In this document: positions 1 to 9,897 of the stretch, in pieces
Layout: each line of letters starts with the position of its first letter
How positions within the stretch are numbered: position 1 is the first letter of the stretch
Notes under the pieces: generated by a model
Told to the model about the DNA's origin: nothing
Database searches by the model: none
Seen by the model: only the letters and a program-made list of their open reading frames with translations
Program-made: the position numbers and the translations under genes
Source: Candidatus Multivoradales bacterium
GTDB lineage: Bacteria > Acidobacteriota > Thermoanaerobaculia > Multivoradales > JAHEKO01
Length of the DNA stretch: 64,000 nucleotides
Assembly (NCBI GenBank): GCA_965223855.1
Contig: CBDCXM010000009.1
Location: 1,600,001-1,664,000, forward strand
Reading direction: 5' to 3'

Positions 1-781
1 GGTACTGGAAGAGCTGGTCGCGGCTCGGATCGAGGTGCGAGGCGAGCGTCTCGAGGTCGTAGTCGCCCATCCGCCGGTCGAGCAGGCCGGCTTCGACGGA
101 CCCGGCGATCGCCGCCTGGAAGGTGGTGCGGTAGCTCTCGTTCCGCTCCTCGTCGTCGATCGTCCAGCCGCCGAGCACTTCGTAGTGGAGCTTCCTCAGC
201 AGCAGCCGCGCGGCGAGGTAGCTGTACGCCGGGTCGTACTCGATGAAGGCGGTCGCCGCCAGCACGAAGGCGCGCGACAGGTGATCGGGCGAGACGCCGT
301 CGTAGACGTTCTTCACGACCTCGCCGACGAGGAGCTGCATGTCGATGTCGCCGGCGAGATCCTCGCCCGCCGCCTGCTCGATCGTCTCGGTGATCTGCTT
401 GGCTGAGAGGAGCTCGACCCGGCCGTCGGACTTGGTGACGGTCAGCTTGCCGAGCTTGGCGTGCTCGATCGCCCGCTCGTGCGCCTCGTGGCGCACCCGG
501 CGGCGCTCGCTGCGGTAGAGGATGTAGGCCTTGGCGATCTCGTAGTGGCCGGCGAGCACCAGGTGCTTCTCGACGATGTCCTGGATGTTCTCGACGTTCG
601 GGTAGAACTCACCGAAGCGGCTGTCGATGTCGGCGGAGACCGCCTCGACGAGCTTCTCGAGATCGTCGCCGGCAATCTCGCGACGGGTGGCGTGCACCGC
701 TTTCAGGATGGCGTTGCGAATCCGCTCGGCGTCGAAATCGACGACGTCGCCCGAGCGCTTGACGACACGTGTGGCCAGCAT
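1..781 (-). CDS. nrdA: Ribonucleoside-diphosphate reductase large subunit, N-terminal part with two ATP-cone domains (runs off the window edge)
   Basis: Manual translation from ATG at 781: MLATRVVKRSGDVVDFDAERIRNAILKA...PNVENIQDIVEKHLV...YEIAKAYILYR (ATP cone), second cone VTKSDGRVE, then FIEYDPAYSYLAARLLL; NrdR-like box upstream. Confidence 0.85.
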   Translation of the reverse strand, partial: MLATRVVKRSGDVVDFDAERIRNAILKAVHATRREIAGDDLEKLVEAVSADIDSRFGEFYPNVENIQDIVEKHLVLAGHYEIAKAYILYRSERRRVRHEAHERAIEHAKLGKLTVTKSDGRVELLSAKQITETIEQAAGEDLAGDIDMQLLVGEVVKNVYDGVSPDHLSRAFVLAATAFIEYDPAYSYLAARLLLRKLHYEVLGGWTIDDEERNESYRTTFQAAIAGSVEAGLLDRRMGDYDLETLASHLDPSRDQLFQY

Positions 782-1045
782 TCCGTTGTTCCCCCAGGTC
801 TTTCTTCGGTCCGTCCCGAGCCGCTCTGCTCTCCTGCTTCCGCGCCCGGCTCGTAGGCGCACCTCTCCCGTGGCGTGGCAGAAACCACGCTGCGATGCGC
901 CGCCGATCTGCTCCCGCACCACCCCGACCGTGAAGCTGCCTTTTTTCGGGCCGTCCGAGGGCCTCGATGGATCTCTCGGCGGCCGCTCGGTTCGTTTGAG
1001 GCCGAAAGAGAATAGACGAGGGGTTGTGGTGTCGTCAAGCTCTAG

Positions 1046-1061
1046 CCACAAGATCTTGTGG
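1046..1061. promoter_or_regulatory. NrdR box
   Basis: Perfect 16-bp palindrome CCACAAGATCTTGTGG resembling the NrdR consensus acaCwAtATaTwGtgt, upstream of nrdA; weaker copy sharing TTGTGG at 1014-1029, 32 bp away. Confidence 0.75.
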
Positions 1062-1268
1062 TTTTCTCGGATCGGCCGACTCTCCTTTGTTGATCGCAGG
1101 TTACGTCGAGCCCGAAAGAGGCCGCGAGACGGGCTGGCGAGATGGCCAAGTAGAGTAAGAGCCGATGAAAACGGGGTTTTCGGGCGGCCTGCCCGGGGAG
1201 TTGTGACGATTCTGAGGTTTGCAGCAGCGGGCTCTGGCGAAGACGAGCTCCTTGGAGCGACCGCCGGC

Positions 1269-2156
1269 TTGCTAGAGAAGCGGCGAGGAACTCGCGCGAG
1301 ACGCTGGCGCTTCGTGCTTCTGCTGGGCGCGGGAGTCGCCGCCTTCCTCAGTCTGTGGGCGTTCTGGTGGGAGCCGTCTCGACTGACCGACCGGGAGACG
1401 ACGCTCGCCCTGCCCGGCTGGCCTTCGGTGTGCTCCGGGCTGAGCGTGGCCGTGCTGGCCGACCTGCACGTCGGCTCGCCGTACCACGGTCTCGGGATGC
1501 TCCAGCGGGTGGTCGAGAAGACCTTGCGGGCCGACCCCGATCTCATCCTCCTCGCGGGCGACTACGTGATCCATGGCGTAGTGGGCGGCGACTTCGTCGA
1601 GCCGGAACCGGCTGCGGCGGTGCTCGAGCGGCTCGCCGCTCCAGCCGGCGTGGTGGCGGTGCTCGGCAACCACGACCTGTGGCTCGACGGGCCGCGGGTG
1701 GCTGCGGCCCTCGAGGCGAGGTCGATCCCGGTGCTCGAGAACGAGGCGATCGAGACGGCGGTCGGCAAATGCCGCTTCTGGGTTGCCGGCGTCGGCGACT
1801 ACTGGGAGCGAGCGCACGATGTCGAGGCAGCGCTCTCCGCCGTGCCGGAGGGGGAGCCGGTGCTCGTCCTGACCCACAACCCCGACCTCTTCCCGACGGT
1901 GCCCGGGAGAGTCGCCTTGACGGTGGCCGGCCACACCCACGGCGGGCAGGTGTACTTGCCGGGAATCGGCCGGCCGATCGTGCCGTCGCAGTTCGGCGAG
2001 CGCTTCGCGATCGGCCACGTCGAGGAAGAGGGGCGCCACCTCTTCGTCAGCTCGGGTACAGGAACCAGCATTCTGCCTGTCCGCTTCCTGGTGCCGCCCG
2101 AGATCTCGCTGCTGGTGCTGGAGTCGGCAACGCCGTACAGATCGCCAGCGGACTAG
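1269..2156 (+). CDS. Membrane-anchored metallophosphoesterase (YkuE/YaeI-like)
   Basis: ADLHVG, LAGDYV, LGNHD, LTHNPD and GHTHGGQ motifs; N-terminal TM segment; start moved to TTG 1269 (approximate). Confidence 0.85.
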   Translation: MLEKRRGTRARRWRFVLLLGAGVAAFLSLWAFWWEPSRLTDRETTLALPGWPSVCSGLSVAVLADLHVGSPYHGLGMLQRVVEKTLRADPDLILLAGDYVIHGVVGGDFVEPEPAAAVLERLAAPAGVVAVLGNHDLWLDGPRVAAALEARSIPVLENEAIETAVGKCRFWVAGVGDYWERAHDVEAALSAVPEGEPVLVLTHNPDLFPTVPGRVALTVAGHTHGGQVYLPGIGRPIVPSQFGERFAIGHVEEEGRHLFVSSGTGTSILPVRFLVPPEISLLVLESATPYRSPAD

Positions 2157-3157
2157 AGCTCGAGCGTCGCCTGAGCCGGCGCTTCGCCGTCCTCGTTGCC
2201 GCCCTCGCCTTCGGGCAGCAGCACGTAGCGCCCGAGGCCGCGGAGGAACTGCAGGCCGTCGCCCCCTTCGGCCGCTTCCCAGAGCTGGGCGAGCTTGGAG
2301 TCGAGGTTGTCGATGAAGGACAGCGCGAGTGCCTCTGCGGTCATCGGCTGCACCGGGGAGCCGAACTCGAGCTCGCCGTGGTGGGAGAGGACGAGGTGCT
2401 CGAGGTGGAGGCGCAGATCCTCCGGGAAGCCCTCGATGGCGGCGCAGCGCTCTCGTAGCAGGTCGCGGCCGATCACGATGTGGCCGATCATCCGCCCCTC
2501 GCGGCTGTACTCGTTGGCGGGCATGGCGCCGAGCTCGACGAGCTTGCCGAGGTCGTGGAAGAGGACGCCCAGGAGCAGCAGGTCGCCGTCGAGGCGCGGG
2601 TAGTGCTCGGCGACCCGGAGCGCCAGGCCGGCCATCGACACTGTGTGTTCCAGCAGGCCGCCGCGGTAGGCGTGGTGGATCGCCTTCGCTGCCGGGTGCT
2701 CCTTGAGCGCCTTGCCGTGGGTGGCGAGGGTCTCGCGGCCGAGGCGGCGCAGTTGGGGGTGGCGGATCCTCTCTTCGATCATCGCCTCTAGGCGCTGGTA
2801 GAGCTCGCCGATGTCCTCGCGCGTGGTGGGGACGAGGAGTGCCGGGTCGAAGCCCTCCCCCTTGTCCTCGTCGACGACGCGGCGGCAGCGCTGCACGCTC
2901 ATCTGCAGGCGACCGCGGTAGTCCTTGACGAAGCCGCGCACCTTGACGAAGTCGTGCGCCGCGTAGTCCCCCTCGAGCGCCGGGCTGTCGGACCACACCT
3001 TGCCGCTCATCGAGCCGGTGGCGTCGGTGAGGTCGAGGTCGAGGAAGGTGTTGCCGTTGCGGTCCTGGCGGCTCTCCTTGCGGGCGAGGAGGACGAACGC
3101 CTCCACGGCGTCGCCGTCGCGCCATTCGGCAATCGGGATTCCCGTCTTGGGGGCCAT
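2153..3157 (-). CDS. yhaM: 3'-5' exoribonuclease, YhaM/Cbf1 family (OB-fold plus HD domain)
   Basis: OB-fold (LDLTDATGSMSGKVW), then PAAKAIHHAYRGGLLEH, LFHDLGK, GHI, VLSHHG, IDNLD. Confidence 0.85.
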   Translation of the reverse strand: MAPKTGIPIAEWRDGDAVEAFVLLARKESRQDRNGNTFLDLDLTDATGSMSGKVWSDSPALEGDYAAHDFVKVRGFVKDYRGRLQMSVQRCRRVVDEDKGEGFDPALLVPTTREDIGELYQRLEAMIEERIRHPQLRRLGRETLATHGKALKEHPAAKAIHHAYRGGLLEHTVSMAGLALRVAEHYPRLDGDLLLLGVLFHDLGKLVELGAMPANEYSREGRMIGHIVIGRDLLRERCAAIEGFPEDLRLHLEHLVLSHHGELEFGSPVQPMTAEALALSFIDNLDSKLAQLWEAAEGGDGLQFLRGLGRYVLLPEGEGGNEDGEAPAQATLEL

Positions 3158-3297
3158 CGCTGTCGTCTCGCTTCTCTGGAGGGTTCGGGGGCGTCTGGGT
3201 GGATTCTCGCCCCGGACGGGGCGGGCGTACTCTACCGTGCAACATGAGAACAACGGCCTCGATACCGATGGCAGCTGGATTGCAAACTGGAGCGCCT

Positions 3298-5859
3298 ATG
3301 CCGCGCACTACCGCTTCGTCCCGGTCCACCTCCCCCTCGCCTTCCCCGTCTCCCTTCACCCGTCGCCGCAGGCCCGCCAGGGCAGGAACCGTCTGGCTTC
3401 TGGCGCTACTTGCCGTGGTGAGCGGCGGCGTAGCTGCGGCCGCCGACGACCCCGTCCTCTGGCCGGAACACCAGCGGGCCTTCCTGCAGGACGGTGGAGC
3501 GCTCCTGTGGGACGAAGGCGAGCGGCGGGCGTTCCTCGCCGAGAACGAGGAGGCGCGCGAGGCGCGGCTGGCGGCGTTCCTCGCCGACCCGCTGCCGGAG
3601 ACGGAAGAGAACGAGCTGGTGCTCGGCATCGAGCGCCGCCGGGCGCTGGTGGCTTCCGAGTATCCGTCGCCGCTCGACGCGCGGGCGCGGATCGCCTTCC
3701 TCCACGGGCTGCCGAACGCCAGGCAGGTGGTCGACTGCGGCGCGGTCGTGGTGCCGATCGAGTTGTGGCGCGTGGCCGGCGCCGGCGACGTCACGCTCGT
3801 CTTCTACCGCCCGCGCGGCAGCCTCCACTATGAGCTGTGGCGGCCGGGGCTCGGCAAGCGGGTGCTCTACAGCTCGCTGATGCGCGGCTGGTTCCACGAG
3901 CTCGAGGACTTTGGCCGCGGGCAGACGCGGCTCGACATCCGCAACTGCCAGGCGGTGGCGGCGGTCGATGCGGCGACCCGCACGGTCGGCCTGGTGGACG
4001 AGGATCCCGATCCGGCGCTCGGCCGGGCGATCGACACCCTCGCGGCGCCGCCGGCCGACCTCGCCGCCTGGGCGCGCCGGGCCGCGAGCACCGAGACGCC
4101 CGAGCGCCCGGCCGAGCTCGCCGTGGCGCCGGTCGAGGTCGACTTCCCGTATCGCACCGGCCAGCGCATCGCGACGCGCTTCTTCGTCCGGGTCGATCCG
4201 GGGGTGCTGGCGGTCGAACAGCAGGGAGAAGAGGAGCCGCGGGTGCGGGTCGAGGTCGAGGGGCTGCTCGAGCAGAGCGGCAACGTGTTCGAGGAGTTCA
4301 AGTTCCGCTTCGACCGCGAGCCGTCGGACGAAGAGCCGGTGCTGCTGGTGTTCGAGCGGCGGCTGCGGCCGGGGCGCAACTTCCTCTCGCGGCTGGTGGT
4401 CCGCGACCCTGTGAGCGGCGCCGAGCGGCGGCTGATTCACCCGGTGGCGGTGCCGCGGGAGGTCGAGCGGGTGGTGGAGGCGGCCTCGGCCAGCCCGGCC
4501 GAGGCGGTGGCGGCGACGCGGCTCGCCGGCGAGGATTCGCTGCATCTCATCCCGCCGGTGACGGACGGCCTGAGCAAGACGTGGCGCACCGAGGCGGTGG
4601 TCTCCGGTGAGGCGATCCGCAAGGTCGAGTTCGCGGTCGACGAGGAGGTGCAGCTCACCAGGAACCGCCCGCCGTTCACGGCCGACCTGCGACTGACCGA
4701 CGTGCCGACCGAGCAGGTGGTGACGGCGCGCGGGCTCGACGCCGCCGGAGAGTTGGTGGCGGAGGACCGGATCCTCCTCAACCAGGCGCGCGGCGCTTTC
4801 GCGGTGAAGATCCTCTCGCCGACGGTCGGCGCGCCGAGCGGCGAGGCGATCGCCCGTGCCGAGGTCAGCGTGCCGGAGGGCGGGCGGCTCGAGTCGGTCG
4901 AGTTCCTGATCGACGAGCAGCCGGTGGTAGCGCTCGACCGGCCGCCGTTCGAGGTGCCGATCGAGTGGCAGGAGTCGGACTCGGTGTCGTACCTGACGGT
5001 CGTCGCGCGGCTCGCCGACGGGCGGCGCGAGGAGGATGTCTTCTTCCTCAACACGCCGGAGAACTACGCGCAGGTCGACGTCGGACTGGTGGAGCTCTTC
5101 GCCACCGTCTCCGACGGCTCGGGGCGGCTGGTCGACGATCTGTCGAGCGAAGATTTCCGGGTCACCGAGCGGGGCGAGGAGCGGCCGATCGAGCAGTTCG
5201 ACCTGGTGCACAACCTGCCGCTGGTGATCGGCTTCGCGCTCGACAGCTCGACCTCGATGGCCGACCACATGGCGACCGCGCGCGAGGCGGCGGTCGGCTT
5301 CCTGCAGTCGCTGATGGAGCCGGGCGACCGGGCGTTCGCCGTCGCCTTCAGCACGGCGCCGCGGCTGGTGGCGGCGCCGACCGACGACCCGCGGGCGGTC
5401 GAGGCGGCGCTCCTCGGAGTCAACTCCGAGGGGTGGACGACGCTCTACGACGCGGTGGTGAAGAGCCTCTTCTACTTCCGCGGCTTCGGCGGCCGCAGGG
5501 CTCTGATCCTGCTCTCCGACGGGGAAGACACCTCGAGCGCCACGTCGTTCGGCGAGGCGCTACGCTACGCGCGCGAGAGTGGCGCGGTGGTGTACTCGGT
5601 CGGCCTCGGCGCCAGTGTCGGCCTCGGCTGGCGGCGCAAGCTCGAGCGGCTGGCGGAGGAGACCGGCGGCCGCTTCTTCCGCGCGGCGAAGGCCGAGGAC
5701 CTCTCCGCCGTCTACGCCGACATCGAGGCGGAGCTGCGCAGTCAGTACTTTCTCACCTTCGAGCCGCAGCGCGCCGCGGAAACCTCGCTCGACGACGTCG
5801 AGGTGGAGGTGCGCGGTGGCGGCTTGAAGGTGCGGGCGACGCGCGGATACGCTCCCTGA
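3298..5859 (+). CDS. Secreted protein with GWxTD-like N-terminal domain, Ig-like domains and C-terminal VWA domain
   Basis: Signal-like LLALLAVVSGGVAAA; DARARIAFLHGLP; two Ig-like segments (KVEFAVD...RPPF, SVEFLID...RPPF); MIDAS motifs DSSTS, TTLYDA, LLSDGED; start approximate. Confidence 0.8.
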   Translation: MPRTTASSRSTSPSPSPSPFTRRRRPARAGTVWLLALLAVVSGGVAAAADDPVLWPEHQRAFLQDGGALLWDEGERRAFLAENEEAREARLAAFLADPLPETEENELVLGIERRRALVASEYPSPLDARARIAFLHGLPNARQVVDCGAVVVPIELWRVAGAGDVTLVFYRPRGSLHYELWRPGLGKRVLYSSLMRGWFHELEDFGRGQTRLDIRNCQAVAAVDAATRTVGLVDEDPDPALGRAIDTLAAPPADLAAWARRAASTETPERPAELAVAPVEVDFPYRTGQRIATRFFVRVDPGVLAVEQQGEEEPRVRVEVEGLLEQSGNVFEEFKFRFDREPSDEEPVLLVFERRLRPGRNFLSRLVVRDPVSGAERRLIHPVAVPREVERVVEAASASPAEAVAATRLAGEDSLHLIPPVTDGLSKTWRTEAVVSGEAIRKVEFAVDEEVQLTRNRPPFTADLRLTDVPTEQVVTARGLDAAGELVAEDRILLNQARGAFAVKILSPTVGAPSGEAIARAEVSVPEGGRLESVEFLIDEQPVVALDRPPFEVPIEWQESDSVSYLTVVARLADGRREEDVFFLNTPENYAQVDVGLVELFATVSDGSGRLVDDLSSEDFRVTERGEERPIEQFDLVHNLPLVIGFALDSSTSMADHMATAREAAVGFLQSLMEPGDRAFAVAFSTAPRLVAAPTDDPRAVEAALLGVNSEGWTTLYDAVVKSLFYFRGFGGRRALILLSDGEDTSSATSFGEALRYARESGAVVYSVGLGASVGLGWRRKLERLAEETGGRFFRAAKAEDLSAVYADIEAELRSQYFLTFEPQRAAETSLDDVEVEVRGGGLKVRATRGYAP

Positions 5860-5862
5860 ACC

Positions 5863-6492
5863 GTGACCGCTCGCCGATGGATTGCCGCCGTCGCCCTCTT
5901 CGCCGCGCTGCCGTTGCTGGCTCTCGGCGGCGAGATCTCGTTCCCGCGTTTCAACGGCACCTACGAGAACCTGACGCCGGACCTCATGCCGGTGTCGACC
6001 GCCGGGATGACGATCGAGCTCAGCTCGCCGTCCAACTCGCTGACGATCGACGGCCATCGGATCGAGGTCGAGCCGCTCGGGGACGGCGTCTTCCGGTTCC
6101 GCGGATCGGTCGACTTCTCCGGCCGCGGCGAGCTGATCGCCCGGCTCGGCGGCACGGTGCCGGCGCAGCTCCAGGACGTCGTCGAGCTGCCCAGCCAGAC
6201 CTTCGCGCTCGAAGGGGAGGTCGGCATCGTGCGCGACGACACCGGCTACGACCTCACGACGGTGTCTCTGCCCGCGGAGGCGTCGATCGAGATGAAGAGT
6301 CAGCTCGCCGCGTCGCTCGTCGGCATGTGCGAGCTGATGCTGATGCTCGCCGGCGGCGACTGCTCGGCGGTCGATGCGGCGCTCGGCAAGGTGACCTTCC
6401 CGCTGCCGGAGCCGGGCGAGACGTACCGCATCGACGGTGAGACGTTCACCGCCGAAGAGCGGGCGGCGATCGACGCGCTGCTTTTCGAGTAA
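5863..6492 (+). CDS. Hypothetical secreted protein
   Basis: Signal peptide, host-like codon usage, 3 nt after the VWA gene, one Cys pair. Confidence 0.7.
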   Translation: MTARRWIAAVALFAALPLLALGGEISFPRFNGTYENLTPDLMPVSTAGMTIELSSPSNSLTIDGHRIEVEPLGDGVFRFRGSVDFSGRGELIARLGGTVPAQLQDVVELPSQTFALEGEVGIVRDDTGYDLTTVSLPAEASIEMKSQLAASLVGMCELMLMLAGGDCSAVDAALGKVTFPLPEPGETYRIDGETFTAEERAAIDALLFE

Positions 6493-6532
6493 CCGGGTCC
6501 TCGAGTAACCGGGTCTTCGAGTAGCCGGGCCT
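6485..6532 (+). repeat. Three-copy 16-bp tandem repeat spanning a stop codon
   Basis: TCGAGTAACCGGGTCC / TCGAGTAACCGGGTCT / TCGAGTAGCCGGGCCT. Confidence 0.85.
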
Positions 6533-6562
6533 TCTCGCCCGCGTCTTCTCCCCCGGGCCGGC

Positions 6563-9500
6563 CTAGTTGTCCGAGCCGATCGGCGGGGCTTCGAGCCCCT
6601 CGCGGGTCGCCTGCTCGACGATCGCCCGGTTGTCGGCGACCTCGAACAGGTAGTGGTGGCGCTGCTCCGGGTCGAGCGGGAACGCCTTGCGCAGCACCTC
6701 GGCGTAAGCCTGCTCGAGGAACTTGCGCGGATCCTCGACCTTGGCGTCATGGAGTCGCAGCCACGAGAGCCCCTCGTACATCCGGTAGTTGAGGGATTCG
6801 ATCTCGCTCGAATGGTGGAGGTCGGGGAGCAGCTCCTCGAGCTCGGCGGTGTGCTGGCGCAGCATCGAGCCGTCTTCGGTGGCGATGCCGAGGCCGATCG
6901 CCAGGGCGTGATCGACGGCGGCGCCGCGGGAGTTGCCCGCCTCGCGGTGCTGGGCGAGCGCCCGTTCGAGGTACTCGCCGGCGTCGTCGTAGCGCCGCCG
7001 GCTGATCTCGATGCGGGCGACGAGCTGCTCGGCGTCGGCGAGCTCTGCCGACATCGACAGCAGATCCATCTCGAACTGCACCTGACGCGCTTGGGCGAGC
7101 GCCTTGTCGTACTGCTCGAGATCGGCGTGGGTGCGCGCGAGCGCCAGCCTGGCGGAGGCGACGGCGACGGCATCCTCGCGCGCCTCGTGGATCTTGAGCG
7201 CACGCCGGCTCAGCGCCGCCGCGTGGGTGTAGTCGCCGAGGCGGCGCAGCACGGTGGCGGTGCCCAGCAGCACCCGGGCGCACTCTTCGCTGGTGCGGTC
7301 GGTGACGCTCTGGAGCGCCTCCTCGAAGTAGTCGAGAGCCTGCGGGTAGTTGCCCGCGGCGTGCGACACCCTGCCGAGCGCGGTGAGCGACGCCGTCAGC
7401 GATTGCTTGCCGAGCTTCTTGCGGGTCTCGTAGGCGGAGCGGTGGTGGGTGATCGCCTCTTCGAGGCGGTTGAGACGCAGGGCGATCTCGCCGAGGGTGA
7501 AGTGGCACGACGCGGCCAGCTCGTGGTGCTTCTGCCGCTCGAGCGCCGGGTAGAGATCCTCGAGCAGCCGGCTCGCCTCCGACAGCCGGCCGGCGCGCTC
7601 GTAGACCGCGCCGAGCTGCAGGGCGAGGCGGGCGCGGCGCTGCGGCTGATCACCGAGGCTGGTCTCCTCGAGCGCCGTGAGCAGCATCTTCTCGGCGCGT
7701 CGGTAGTTGCCGCTCTCCTCGTACGCCGCAGCCATCAGGCTCGACAGGGCGAGCGCCTTGTCGGAGTCGGCGCTCGCCAGCTCGAGGCCGCGTTCGAGAT
7801 CGGGGATCAGGTGGCGCAGCTTGCCGAGGCGCCGGGCGACGCCGAGGAGCCGCCAGATAAGGAGCAGCTCGGTCTCGTCGTCACCGTCGCGCTCGCGGTG
7901 CAGGGCGAGCTCGCTGGTCAGCGCCTCGTAGAGCGTCTCACCGGCGAGTTCGCGGGCATAGGGCGAGCGCGCGGTGCGCAGCAGCGGCGGCACGCCGTCC
8001 TTGGTCCCTTCGAGCAGCCGGTAGGTGTACCAGAGCTGCTCTCCCTCGTTGCTGACCGCCTGAAGCGCCCGGCCGAGACGACCGCGCAGCGTCTCCCGCG
8101 TCTCGTCCGGCGCCGAGAGCGCCAGCGCGCGGGCGTAGGCGGGGCAGGTGAATTCGAGACCGACACCCCAGGGCGAGGGGACCCGCCGGAGCATTCCCGC
8201 CTCGAGTGCTGCGGTAGCCCACGATTCGTTGGAGTCCGGTTCGACACGGCCGGAGGCGACGGTCAGCACCGACGACGGAACCGGCGTGTCGGCGAGCGAG
8301 AGCAGGATCAGCCGATCGCTGGCGCCGAGACGGCCCGCCTCGGCCTGCAGGTGGCAGACCAGTCGCGCCGACGGCTGGAAGTCCGTCGACTCGCTGCCGA
8401 CGAAGAAGTAGTTGCCGTAGATCGAGCGCATCACCTTGGAGCGCACGAGGGCGACGAGCCCCTCCTCGAGCGCGAACGGATGCCCGCCGGTCGCCTTCAC
8501 CAGCGAGGCGCTCAGGTCCTCGGGCAGCGACAGGCCGCTCAGCAGGCGGTCGGTCAGCGCCACCGTCTCCTCACCCTCGAAGGCGGGGACGCGTAGCGAG
8601 AAGGTGCCCTCGAAGCCCGAGCGGCCGGTAACGCCGCCGCGGCCGACGAGGACGAGATGGAGCCGCCGCCCCGGCAGCCGGGCGTTCGACAGCCGGAGCA
8701 GGAGCTCGAGATCCTCTTCCTGGATCTGCTCGAAGTCGTCGCACACCAGGTAGAGCGGCCGGTCCGCCGGTTCGCAGGCGGCGAGCATCGAGAGCACCGA
8801 GTCGCGCTGGTTCTCTGCCGGGCCGTCGCGCTCCTGGAGGGCGCGCCGCCGCTCGGGGTCGAGCACCGGGCGGTGCGGGTCTTCGGCGTGATGGGGGTCG
8901 AGCAGCTCGTCGACGACCTGCTGCGAAAGCGACAGACCGCCGCGACGCTCGGGCTGCGCCTGGAGCCACAGGAAGATCGCCCCGGAGCGCTCGAGCGTCT
9001 CCCACACGAGACGGGTCTTGCCGCAGCCGGCCGGCCCGGTGACGCGGATGACCGGGTCGTGGAGATGCTCGGCGAGGACCGCCTCGAGCTCGGGGCGAGG
9101 GGTCGATTCGACCTCGCGACCGAGGATCTCGGGATTGCGCCACGGCGCCCGCGAGCGCACCCGCGCCATCGCCCGCACCAGCGGGAACTCGCGTCCCGAC
9201 GGCCCGCGGTACGAACCGCTCGCCTGGAGATCCCACGAAGTCTCGAGCGTCTGTGCCGCCCAGGTGGTGAGGTAGATGTCGTTCGACTTGAGGGTCGGCG
9301 CGCGACGACCGACCTCATCAGCGATCTCGTCGTGCACTCCCAGCACTTCACGGCCCCGCAGCAGCACCTCGGCGGGCGAGATCAGCACGCGTGGGCCGTC
9401 GGGCGAGACCTCGAGCTGCGAGAGCACGCGCCGCGACCAGTGGAGCCCGGCGTCGAACACTCCCGGATCGCCGGGCTCGGGAACGATCGCCAGCGCGTCG

Positions 9501-9625
9501 GGGCCGACCTCGACCGCCTGGCAGCCGCCGAGCACCGCTTCGCGGACCTGGTCGCGCGCCCCGTCCGCGCCCCAGACACGGAGCACCGAGGTCGGATGGC
9601 GTACGGCTAGCGGGGAGTCTGCCAC
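6563..9625 (-). CDS. STAND/AAA-type ATPase with TPR repeats and a degenerate cyclase-like N-terminal domain
   Basis: Walker A GPAGCGKT, Walker B LYLVCDD, GxP motif TGGHPFAL, many TPRs; start set at GTG 9625, downstream of TGnTATGAT (-10 at 9699-9704). Confidence 0.75.
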   Translation of the reverse strand: MADSPLAVRHPTSVLRVWGADGARDQVREAVLGGCQAVEVGPDALAIVPEPGDPGVFDAGLHWSRRVLSQLEVSPDGPRVLISPAEVLLRGREVLGVHDEIADEVGRRAPTLKSNDIYLTTWAAQTLETSWDLQASGSYRGPSGREFPLVRAMARVRSRAPWRNPEILGREVESTPRPELEAVLAEHLHDPVIRVTGPAGCGKTRLVWETLERSGAIFLWLQAQPERRGGLSLSQQVVDELLDPHHAEDPHRPVLDPERRRALQERDGPAENQRDSVLSMLAACEPADRPLYLVCDDFEQIQEEDLELLLRLSNARLPGRRLHLVLVGRGGVTGRSGFEGTFSLRVPAFEGEETVALTDRLLSGLSLPEDLSASLVKATGGHPFALEEGLVALVRSKVMRSIYGNYFFVGSESTDFQPSARLVCHLQAEAGRLGASDRLILLSLADTPVPSSVLTVASGRVEPDSNESWATAALEAGMLRRVPSPWGVGLEFTCPAYARALALSAPDETRETLRGRLGRALQAVSNEGEQLWYTYRLLEGTKDGVPPLLRTARSPYARELAGETLYEALTSELALHRERDGDDETELLLIWRLLGVARRLGKLRHLIPDLERGLELASADSDKALALSSLMAAAYEESGNYRRAEKMLLTALEETSLGDQPQRRARLALQLGAVYERAGRLSEASRLLEDLYPALERQKHHELAASCHFTLGEIALRLNRLEEAITHHRSAYETRKKLGKQSLTASLTALGRVSHAAGNYPQALDYFEEALQSVTDRTSEECARVLLGTATVLRRLGDYTHAAALSRRALKIHEAREDAVAVASARLALARTHADLEQYDKALAQARQVQFEMDLLSMSAELADAEQLVARIEISRRRYDDAGEYLERALAQHREAGNSRGAAVDHALAIGLGIATEDGSMLRQHTAELEELLPDLHHSSEIESLNYRMYEGLSWLRLHDAKVEDPRKFLEQAYAEVLRKAFPLDPEQRHHYLFEVADNRAIVEQATREGLEAPPIGSDN

Positions 9626-9761
9626 GGGCGCTTCGAGGGGGATGGGTGCTTCGCGGGTTCGAGAGGGGACGTCCGGTCTGCCGGGCGAGCCACCGGCAAT
9701 CATAGCAAGGGAATCCGTCACACCGTTCCGGTGCCGCGACGCCCCCTCGTGCTCGCGGCGG

Positions 9762-9789
9762 TTGTGACGACCGGGTGAAGCGATACAAT
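9762..9789 (+). promoter_or_regulatory. Putative sigma70 promoter for the 9898-xseAB-rhomboid-moeB gene run
   Basis: TTGTGA-N16-TACAAT. Confidence 0.4.
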
Positions 9790-9897
9790 CGCGCGGTCGC
9801 GGCCGGTCCGACTCGCAATCGCGCCCGCCCGATCCACCTGCAACTGAGCGCCGCCACCTTTCCGACCTCTCCGGCGGCGTCTACCTGGAGTTCCCCG

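Noticed and set aside
782-1013. Possible cobalamin riboswitch in the long nrdA leader
   Set aside because: No B12-box or GGGAA...GCCACTG core found on the minus strand
1272-3794. Long alternative-frame ORFs (840 aa here; also 12899-16021, 6653-8596, 32683-34671 and many others)
   Set aside because: Arg/Pro/Gly-rich shadow frames overlapping well-supported genes; expected in DNA of about 70% GC, where stop codons are scarce
6485-6532. Mini-CRISPR or iteron array
   Set aside because: The units abut with no spacers and there is no rep or cas gene; treated as a tandem duplication
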